From: Eremomyces bilateralis CBS 781.70
Lineage: Eukaryota
Assembly (NCBI GenBank): GCA_010015585.1
Contig: ML975169.1
DNA length: 20,000 bases
Reading direction: 5' to 3' (one strand)
Below are positions 1 to 9,318 of the stretch, one piece after another; position 1 is the stretch's first letter; every line of letters starts with the position of its first letter. The translations under genes were made by a program, and so were the position numbers. The notes beneath the pieces are model-generated. The model saw nothing but the letters and a program-made list of their open reading frames with translations, ran no database searches and was not told where the DNA came from.

Positions 1-722
1 GAAGGCAAGTTGTCAAGAAGACACGGCAGCCTTGCATTAGCTCTTCGTGGGGTGGAAGTAGGTTCCAGATATCGGTGGCAGAGTAGATCTCCACTTTCCG
101 AGCTACAGATGGCGAGAGTAGGTTCTGAACCCTAGTGATGGAGTCACTGTTCGTGCTGTAAGTCCCAAGGTCGCCACGCCAAACTTTCGGTGATGGAATA
201 CCTTGTGAAGGTCATTGGCGCCTCATTCGATCTGAAAAAGGGCTCATCAGCGTTGTCGCCAGACATGAAGAGTACTAACCATACACTGTCGATCCATTGC
301 TTACCATAGACCCCGGTTCTTGAGGACTTGTGCGTTTGATACGAAACTAGCGACGTAAGCCTTTAATAGGAAATAGCATGTCTGTAAATAAAGAATATCT
401 TACCTTTCTATCCACAGTATCACCTCTGACAGCAAGAGCGCTTGTTGTCTGTCATCAGTCTACTACCTTCTTGAAGGTGTACAATACTCACCACGACTTG
501 GTATCTTCTGGCCCTGCTCGACGACATGGAATACAGGGAATGCGGCCTTCATGCTGCACACATTTCATCCGCAGACGACGGCATCTGTATGGAATGAGTA
601 ATGATCGTTAGAGTATGGGGACAAGGTAAGAACCTCCTACAGGCAACCGCCGACCTCTTTGGGCGCGGCATCTCCATTTCCTGGGACGGGGTGAGCTGAC
701 TGTTACCAGTTGGACGGTCCAT
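1..722 (-). CDS. Zn(II)2Cys6 (C6 zinc cluster) fungal transcription factor, 5' part (continues beyond left edge)
   Basis: Hand splicing: exons 722-634, 584-492, 440-404, 346-280, then 231 (or 201)-1. Introns are 48-57 nt GT..AG (78 nt with the alternative acceptor). Spliced product MDRPTGN...KRSAVA-CRRCRRLRMKCVQHEGRIPCIPCRRAGPEDTKSC-ALAVRGDTVDRKFRIKR gives C-x2-C-x6-C-x8-C-x2-C-x10-C. The last exon reads ...DIWNLLPPHEELMQGCRVFLTTCL, like the start of a C6-factor middle homology region. Confidence 0.85.
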
Positions 723-870
723 GTGTGCTTGTATCAATGGAACGTTTGCCTTGTGCTACAAAGAGGACTGTGAATATGTGGACTGAACTCGGAAGTCGTT
801 CGAAGTTTGGCAGCCCCGGACCGGTGCCTGCACTCAACACCACTACTAGAGATTGGACTTTTGCAAGACC

Positions 871-1119
871 TGTCGCAAGATGCCCCTGTTGGTTTCTACT
901 GCCCTAACATCCCTTTCACTGCCTATTACCCCTAGGCTAAGCCTATTTCGGACTGCTTAGTCTCTTCCCATGTATTTAGTTATCTTCAACTGTTTGGCCA
1001 GCTAGATCTCCTTTTGGGAGAGACAATGGGAATCGTCAAGACCAACTTGCGTTGTGACTCTGCAGCAACTGAGCTTAAGCAGCGAACGTGGTTAATCATC
1101 ACCCACGCGAAATGCGACA
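871..1119. mobile_element. Solo LTR (249 bp) of an LTR retrotransposon, probably Ty3/Gypsy type
   Basis: Starts TGTCGCA and ends TGCGACA (7-bp inverted termini, TG...CA). Flanked by a perfect 5-bp target-site duplication AGACC (866-870 and 1120-1124). Near-identical copy at 12154-12405. Confidence 0.93.
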
Positions 1120-1433
1120 AGACCTCCCTCAATACACTCTCTATGTCAGTATTCTAGGCCTTATCTGACTCGACACTATTTAACACTCCACCGTGAGCGG
1201 GTCAGAGTTGTGTGGGCCTATGGTAGCATGGTTTAGATAGTGGGTCTTTGTCAACCTGGTTGGCTATGATAGGCCATTACCATATTAGCACCCTTCTTAT
1301 CTCCTCCCTCCTAGGGTAGGGAACCCATCAACAATAACAATCTGGGGAGAATTATGGACACCCTACTACGTAGTACTCCGTACAGCTGGTTCTTTGCTAG
1401 ATGCTGGTATTCTGGCCCTACAACCTCCAGTGC

Positions 1434-3193
1434 CTACGCTGATCCTTGTCCCAGCGCCGGAAGTCCCATCGCCGCCAGCTTGGTGTTCACCTCATCTAGA
1501 TGGTCCATGAAATGGCCTTGGAGATTGTCCCAGAACTCGCCTTCATACCCGGGGATTTCTGTGATAATTCAAGTCAGAGGGTTTGTGGCCAAGTAATTGA
1601 ATTGAGGGATTTTGGCTTACGCTTGATGGTCGGGTTCCTCTCCAAGGCAAACTTGGTCAGACTAAAGTGGTTGTTTAGGTGGAACATGAAGCCTATTCAC
1701 AAAAGTTAACATTGGCATCCGTGTACCATTCGTAGAGACAACGAATCACTCACTTAAAGCATCCTTGCCGGCGACCTCATGTTCCAACTGCTTCGTCGTC
1801 GCTTCTTTCCACGCCCCGTAGGCATCCCCATGTGGCATGTACGAATTCTCGCAGCTCAGACAGCCCTCCTGCACGTCACGCACAGACCCGTGGTACTCGC
1901 CATAGATCATGCCGAGCATCTCGGTCGACATGTTGCGATGGTAGTAGGGCGGCCGGTACGTGTCGAGCGCCGTGATATGCTTGGCCGTGTACACGGCGAA
2001 TTCTGACAGCGCCACCTTGGGCGTCTTGGACTTGGCGATGAGGACGGTGTAGATGGTCGGGTCGCACTGCTCCTTCATCGCGCAGGCGAGCGGCACGAAC
2101 TTCTCCATGGCGTACTTGAAGGGCACGTAGCTGCCGTGCCATGCCACCACGTCAAAGGGTGTGTGGTTCTGCTTGTACGCGAAGAGCTGGCCCGCGAGTT
2201 TGTATGTGACTATCAACGGCATTAGTTTTCAGATTGGGATACTTCGGGTGCAGATTTCTTACTCTCCCACTTGGACTGGTCCATGTCAAATGAAGCTACG
2301 GGGTACTCGAAGTCGCGAGGATGCGCCAGGCCATTAGAGCCGATTACACCGAGGTCGGGAAGCTCGAAATGGGAGCCAAACACCTCGTGCACATATCCTC
2401 TCGAGGGACCGTCAGGTAGCGACACCTTCCACCGAAGTCCAGCCTGGATGACACACAGCTCACCCGGCCTGACCATAAGCCTACCTAGCTCAGTCTGGAT
2501 TTCGAGTCGGCCGACCTGCGGCAAGATCAAGAAGTCGCCGTCGTTATTGCAGAACGCCTTCTTCTCCATCGAAGCGTTGCACGAGTACAGGTGCATTGCC
2601 AAGCCCTCTTTTAGCGTCGGATCGCCCCAGCCGCCTATCGTCTTGAGTCCGTGGATGAAAGTCACCTGGTCCTCCTCCTCGGGGTACTCTAGGGGACCCC
2701 ATTCGTATGTGAGAGGGGTAAACTGGACGTTCGGGTTCTGCGGGGAGAAGCATGCTTCAAGCTGGGGCTGGTCAGCCAAGATGCTCTCGCGGGAAGTGAG
2801 GGCGTATTGGACTTAAATCGGGGCTTGCTGGCATGGGTCGGGGCCGCGCGTGTGCAACGGCGGGCCGTATGCGGTACATCCAGACATGTTGGAGTGTGTC
2901 GCGGTACGATGCAAATGGAGTCCCGTTAAGCTGTTCTGAGTATAGGTCATATGGGCATCGCTGCGGCACGTTCCGTCCAGGCTCTGGAAGGGCATCTGGT
3001 CTTTCATGGCGTAAGTCAAATCCGGTTCTGCGAATGGTTCTTCAACTCACACAGCTTCTGAGGAGAAGTAGTTACCAAAGCCGAGCTGGTATCTGTACGG
3101 GTCATTCTCTTTCGGCGGAGTTGTTCGCGACCCAGCGGCAGATGCACCGAAGGTCTTGGGTACCGATGGCGTCAAGATGGAGGCGTCACCCAT
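1434..3193 (-). CDS. hmgA: Homogentisate 1,2-dioxygenase-like ring-cleavage dioxygenase (divergent HmgA/HGD paralog), ~492 aa
   Basis: Exons 3193-3051, 3000-2817, 2761-2263, 2209-1754, 1692-1621 and 1558-1434 join in frame (1479 nt). HGD motifs: YQLGFGNYFSSEA, PQRCPYDLYSEQLNGTPF, WMYRIRPAVAH, NNDGDFLILPQ, FELPDLGVIGSNGLAHPRDF, PFDVVAWHG, RPPYYHRN, MPHG. Fe ligands His/Glu/His are retained. The intron 2 donor is non-canonical (TTAAGT). Confidence 0.93.
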
Positions 3194-3788
3194 TTTGGCT
3201 ATGACACAAAGCTCAACAAGCAAGAATCAGAAAGAAGACTGCTGCTCAAAAGATGTCTTGAATTTGTGCGTGTCAAACCCCTCAAATCTAGCTTTTATCT
3301 GATCAAAATCCAAGCACGTGGCGGCCGCGACAGAAAGGTAGCTTGTCCTGCGCTCACTTACATGACAATTGTCACCATGTGTTGATTGATGGTTTATGCC
3401 CGCTCGTATCCTGCCGGCCGGCCGGCCGGCCCCATCGGCTTGGACGGGCCCAATGCTCTGATTCTGTCCTATCTACAACGTAATAATACACGCAGCAGCG
3501 GCAAGCAACTCCCCTATCAGACTCCACTCTGCTCTGGCGGCCCGGACCGGGACGTGCACGCCGATAGACCGAGAGGCGGCGAGATGATGGGCCTCAATGG
3601 TCCCTACATGTCGATTTCATGTCGACCTAGCCCCGAGATCACGGATAATCGGAGGAATCTGAAGGAGCGAGTAGCGAATCAATGTTATCATATCTCTAAG
3701 TTCGCGGCTCTATAGCATCTACTTTCTGTCTCACTTCCGAGATGCCTCCTCACAAACACTTTAACTGCACAATTAGCGGTTCGACACC
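3194..3788. promoter_or_regulatory. Bidirectional promoter between HGD-like gene and P450, with CGG-rich elements
   Basis: 595 bp between two divergent ATGs. Contains CACGTG (3315-3320), palindrome TGACAATTGTCA (3363-3374), palindromic GCCGGCCGGCCGGCCGGC (3413-3430), CCCGGACCGGG (3541-3551) and CCG-N6-CGG-N5-CGG (3633-3652). Confidence 0.55.
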
Positions 3789-5765
3789 ATGGCTATTACT
3801 TTGAGTAACGATCAACTTCCCGCCTTTGCTCAATCGCCTATACGAGTGGGTGCAATACTCCTCGTGCTAGGTGTTGTTCTTTACCAGATCCTAAAGAGGT
3901 CTTTCAAGAGATACCCATGTCCCCTACCGCCGTCACCACCGGCAGAGCCGCTCTTGGGCCATTTCCGAACATTGCCCCCCGAGAATGCGCACCTCAAGCA
4001 CATGGAATATGCCAAACGATTCAGTGGGTGACATTTGGAAACATTTATCATACGGCGGCTAAGACCAACCCAGATTCGGACATTGTTTACTTCAATGTTT
4101 TGGGCAACCACACCATTGTCTTGAATAGCCAGAAGGTTGCCAATGAAATCCTCGACAAGCGAGGCGCCAACTATCAGGACCGGCCTGGCTTCGTCCTCTT
4201 TGATGTCATGGGATGGGGTCTCACCCTGACCTTTATGCCGTATGGCCCGCGCTTCAAGCTTCACCGCTCGGCGCTGCAGCATGGCTTCACCAAGACGGCT
4301 ATCGTCAATTATCGGCCCATCCAAGAAGACGAGGCGAGACAGGCCATAGCCCGGATTCTGAAGCGACCCACGGAGTGGGATTTCTCTCTACGGAGGTAAT
4401 CAAAGCCCATATTATGGCAACCGGCACGGAGTAATAACACTGTCTAGGTTCGCATCTGCCATCGTCTTGCGCATCGGGTTTGGCGTCACTGTGCGGTCTG
4501 ACGATGACCCGTACATCAAGATTGCCATCGACGCAAACATGGCGACGGCAAAGGGTGGAAACCCGGGAGCTGCCCTCGTTGACTACATGCCCCCGTGTAA
4601 GCAGGTCACGGCGAAGCCGCCCCAGTCGATCAGCACCTCTGACTAGAACGTCGCAGTCCGCTTCATTCCCGAGTTTCTCAATTTCTCGGGCACTCTACAG
4701 CACGCCCGAAAATGGCGATGGGCCATCAAAAACCTCCATGATATCCCCTTTGCAGCTATTAAGAAGGAGTTTGTGAGTTGGTCGCGAGATGCACACAGAA
4801 GAGCTGGTTTGACCCAAGGTCTAGGACGAGGGAACTGCGAACCCATCATTTGCTTACTCACTCCTGAGCAAATACACGCAAAATGAGGAGAAGGGAATCC
4901 CCAATCAGCTTGAAATGAAGGACATCCAAGGAGCTTCCGGATCCGTGTTCATCGCTGGATCAAACACCGTAAGTACACGGTCCATACATTTAGCAACGTG
5001 TGAACTAATCGACGCCCAGACTTTGGCCACGACAACCGTTGCCCTTCTCAACATCATGCGAAACCCTGAGGTATTCATGAAGGCGAGGGCGGAACTCGAC
5101 CGCGTGGTTGGTGAAGACCGACTCCCAAGCCTGGCCGACCGCCCCAACCTGAGGTATCTTGACTATGTGGTTGAAGAGACCACTCGATGGCGGCCGCTAT
5201 CACCTATCGGTATCCCGCATAAGTCCCTGAAAGATGACACCTACAATGGGATGTTCATCCCGGCAGGGTAGGTGAACAGCCGATGGTGTGGTGGTGATGA
5301 GTCCCCGACTGACGCTTGCTATGACAGAACATTCGTCTACTACAACACGTACGCCATGAGCCGCGACGAGAATGTTTACAAGAACCCTGAAATCTTCAAC
5401 CCTGATAGATACACGCCAAAGGAAGAGGGCGGCGATGGGGAGCCCTTCCTCGTCGGTCCATTCGGATTCGGCCGCAGGTAAGACAACATCGACCGCGCCA
5501 ATACGGTTTTCTCCTTACTAACATCAGCATTAGGATCTGTGTTGGACGGCATCTCGCCCAGGCGTCCGTATGGATCGCTGTTGCAACTATGATTGCAACG
5601 ACGGACATCTCGAAGCCTGTAAGTCCAGACGGAAGGCCGATTGATCAGCCGATCGTGTTTAGCACCGGGTTGTCGAGCCATCCTGGAAAGTTTGATGTCA
5701 ATTTCCAGCCGAGGTCTGAGAAAGCTACTAGGCTGCTTGCTCAGGCTGTCGGTGATGCCCAATGA
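3789..5765 (+). CDS. Cytochrome P450 monooxygenase (resembles the OrdA/O-methylsterigmatocystin oxidoreductase-like group), ~531 aa
   Basis: Exons 3789-4023, 4074-4395, 4448-4596, 4657-4772, 4825-4968, 5020-5267, 5328-5477 and 5534-5765, all GT-AG and in frame (1596 nt). N-terminal TM anchor, Pro hinge PLPPSPP, I-helix AGSNTT, ExxR (EETTR), PDRY and heme motif FGFGRRICVG. Confidence 0.95.
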
Positions 5766-6111
5766 GCTCATGATTTGGTGATGTTGATGCAGGGTAGGGA
5801 ATGAGAAGTGAATCGGCGCTGGAGAAGTCAGAGAATATTCCTGCGACCGCCGGCCTTGGGTACATGCTCATATATTGGCAGAAAAGGTGTAAATAAACAG
5901 TTGAAGTCAGTCGATACGAATAGAACGTGAAGTGCAAGCTCTCCCATCGATGTCTGCCATTGAACCCAACTGTGGAAGTGACTTGCGCAAATTCATAACT
6001 GTCTTCTGCATCCCAACTAGGCATGCCTGCAGCATAAGAGCAGCGAGGCTTTAAGCCCGATTCGTAGTCGCCTATTGAAACCCGGATGGCCTGCATATGC
6101 TAATGTCTCAG

Positions 6112-6850
6112 AGCTTCAAGTCGCTCAGGGGACGATCAATACGGTCTCCCGCTCGTGTGTCTGAATTTCCCACCACACACCCCTCCGCTTCTCCGAGACG
6201 GGGGGCTCTCGGCCCTCCGACTCTTAACCCTCAATCTCGACGCGGACTTCAGTGACGAAGAGTTCAAATGGTCTTCTTTGCCCTCCCGTCGGTCCGTTGA
6301 GCAATTGCTCCCACGTTTCCTTGAGCTCATCCCTCAGCTGGAAAGGCTGGGATTCAGCTGTCCAGATCTGATCCTAGACTCGTACTGGTTACTAGAAGAG
6401 CTCGCCACAGTCCATTTTCCCTGTTTGAAAGCGATCAACTTGTGGCGTCTAGTTATGGGGCCGGAGACTTTATTATCGATGCTACGCACCTACCGGGCCA
6501 CGCTGCGCGAACTTGATCTATATGAGTGTTCCCTCGGCGATCCAGATGCTGATAACGACGATGGTGGTGGTGATGGTGACGGTGACGGTGATGAAGAAGC
6601 TGACCCAAACATATGGCGGTCCCTGTTACACGGTCTGTTAGACCTCAAATTGGAATGTCTTTCCGTTTCCCGACCGTTGCTGCAGATGGTGGGCGACGTT
6701 CGATTCCGGTCGGTTAAAGGGGAGGAGTATCAAGAGCTGGCAGGGGAAACCCCCGAAGCCGTCCAAGAGGAGATCAACCGGGTCGACGCCATTCTTGTAG
6801 GTCGGAGGGCGGGGGAAGGACCATGGTCACCGCAACCTGATGAGAGCTAG
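6112..6850 (+). CDS. Leucine-rich (F-box/RNI-like C-terminal) hypothetical protein, terminal exon; 5' part not identified
   Basis: Open frame of ~245 codons with LxxLxL repeats (LSALRLLTLNL, PQLERLGF, FPCLKAINL, ATLRELDL, LKLECLSV). Acceptor-like GCTAAT...CAG ends at 6111. No convincing upstream exon or ATG found. Confidence 0.5.
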
Positions 6851-7254
6851 TGACGGGGTGTTACGTCGAGGGGTAGACCTCATTGGGGACGAGTATTTGA
6901 CAGGATCGTACAAGAGGTACCAGCAGTCTCAACAGAAGAAGATATCAATTCATAACTCGCGCTAGTTGAGAGTAACTTTATTGGGTTCATAAGAAGTCGA
7001 ATCACGATGCATTATTGGCCTCCTATTCCTCCAGACCTCCCATACTCCTAGATAGATCAATCAATCACATATTCATACTTCTACAAAATGATGATCCAAG
7101 GTCTGTAGAGCTTGTAAAAAGAGGGAGAGAACAAGAGACGAAAGGCACCATCTCCTCCATGTATCTGCCGGTTGCCATCTCTTGCTCCAGCGCTGTAATA
7201 CAGACGACAGTCCATTGTCGAGAATCGCTGTGTCAACTATATTAGTTAATAGCT

Positions 7255-8097
7255 CTACAGCATAAGCATGGCGGTTCCAATCACTCCAAAAAGCACGATT
7301 GGTAGAAAGAAAGAATCCCTCCAAAGATATGCCCCAGTTATCGCCGCGCTTCCTGTCGCAGGAGGGCCGTCCGGTGTCCCCGTCGTGACTACGGATTGCG
7401 TCGCTGAAGTCGTTTCACCTGTTGTAGAGATTCCAACTTTTGTAGGCGTAGGTAGCTGCGCTGATATGCTACTTATACGAACATCGTCCAGTGCAACGGC
7501 ACACGGGTTGGCGGGGCCACCCACCGCGTCGCCAAAATGCGGGCAGCCTGTCAAGTTGGCCTCGATTCCAAAGACACCAGCCGCGATCGGACACTCGCCA
7601 CCCCCTTGGATAGCTGGAGGAATGCCAGAGCCCGTAGTAGTAAAGTTAGAGCGGCCCTCACCAAAGACATAGCCTGCGCTAATTCTGAATCGATTGCCTT
7701 CATCCGTGCAGTTGGTGGCCAGTTTCAGCTCCCAGGCCAGCGTCCAAGTGGTAACAGGGTCTCGCCAGTTTCCGTCGATCCTAGTGGAGTTAACGATGAT
7801 AAACGGGTCCGATGGCGGCGGGCTGGGGTTTGCTAGAGAAGGCCCCCCCGCCCCCGCCCTGCCGAAGTCCTTCAGGCCAATGTCGTTGTGTAGCTCCCAG
7901 CTAAATGTGAACCCAAAGTCCCAAGCCACTTTTGCATTTTGAATCGCGAATATAAGCGGGAACGGCGACTGATAGAGGTATGTTGTGTTCGGTCGCGGAA
8001 GCACTATGTCAACTTCGATATCGGTAGGGAAAGTGACCATGTCTTGAGCTAGTGCGACGGTCACTAGTAGTGCCGCAGAAAAGAATAAAGACTTCAT
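7255..8097 (-). CDS. Secreted, probably GPI-anchored hypothetical protein (DUF7136-like), 280 aa
   Basis: Intronless ORF from ATG 8097. Signal peptide MKSLFFSAALLVTVALA, motif EVDIVLPRPNTTY...PLIFAIQN recalled from a fungal family, four Cys, Ser/Thr-rich stalk and hydrophobic C-terminal tail. Confidence 0.8.
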   Translation of the reverse strand: MKSLFFSAALLVTVALAQDMVTFPTDIEVDIVLPRPNTTYLYQSPFPLIFAIQNAKVAWDFGFTFSWELHNDIGLKDFGRAGAGGPSLANPSPPPSDPFIIVNSTRIDGNWRDPVTTWTLAWELKLATNCTDEGNRFRISAGYVFGEGRSNFTTTGSGIPPAIQGGGECPIAAGVFGIEANLTGCPHFGDAVGGPANPCAVALDDVRISSISAQLPTPTKVGISTTGETTSATQSVVTTGTPDGPPATGSAAITGAYLWRDSFFLPIVLFGVIGTAMLML

Positions 8098-9318
8098 GTT
8101 TGATTTGGGTTGAATTCCAGGGATCACGACCGAGGGGAAATGTAATGTATCGAGTCAAACTGCACGGCTTGGGATAGATATCTGAGGAGGGGGCGATAAG
8201 TGGCCTTATGGCCTGGCGATAAGCAAAGTTATTATATTTTCCCTGTGCAACAATTGGCAGTCCGTCCTTTACATACTTGGTTGATGGCAGCGGTGGTCCG
8301 CACTGCTAATTACTGGGGTAACACTTACGAGGCACCCTCGATTCTTACGGTGGAAGCCGAGAGGTCAGGAGTAGCGTAATATAATTTGCTAGTCCGTGCA
8401 TCATATCGTGCTAGGATAATTGGATCGTAAGTTCGTAACAAATAGCCAGGGGAAATTGGGAATGAGGGCAAGTCGGATCCTCCGGCTCGCTCCATATCAT
8501 GTCCTTCGTAGCATAAGCTACCGGATTGAAACTTTCAAGTTGGTCCAAGTAGGTTCATTGTCGCGTGGTGCGTAGGGTTGTGTACTCGCGTCTCGTGTGC
8601 GCAAAGGATGGCACTTGGGTAACTAAGCTAACTGCCTCGTAGCACATGTATGCTAGAAGGCGGAGCGGTGTTTGGAAAGCTTTGATTTGCTAACTATTAT
8701 CAAGCGTGAACGAAAGAAAGAAGAGGTAAAAAGAGGGAGATAATAATAGACTAGGAGATAATACTTAACGGTAACTGTGGTGGTAGGAAGTTATGGTAAT
8801 GCTGGCTGGTGATTCGTTTCTCCACACAGAGAAATCGTGATATTGCTGGGCTGGGACCTTCGTTCCTTCACATATTACGGAACTCCACATCACCCAAGAG
8901 TGTTATTAGTCCGGCAAGGCAAGAGTTAGTGTCAGTCTGTCGGAGGTTAACAAGGTAAACTACTTCTGACCGAATATAAGCGTCTCACGTCTCACTACCT
9001 CAGTTAGGTAACCTATTGCTTCCGTGACTGATTGACATGCCTAAACAATTAACAACATATGAGCCTATGAAATGGTCTCACATCCAGCATGTGCATTCAC
9101 TTATATGGAATAATGATGCACATATTCCCCTCCGCCTGCGAAGAAGCATCACATCGTATCCGGCATCTAGTCAGAGCCTGACCAATGCTTCGGAAATTAC
9201 TCAAAGGCTTGATCATCACTGTTACGATGAACCGTTCGCTACTCGATGACTGAGACCACAACTCGGTAGAGGTGCTATTTTTGAATTTGAACCAAATACC
9301 AGAAACACGCCACTACTA

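Noticed and set aside
1779..3204. Plus-strand ORFs (1779-2006, 2271-2816, 2833-3204) and other antisense ORFs over real genes
   Set aside because: Shadow frames of GC3-rich coding sequence on the opposite strand, with no motifs of their own.
3386..3715. 109-aa ORF in the bidirectional promoter
   Set aside because: No recognisable features; explained by GC-rich promoter sequence.
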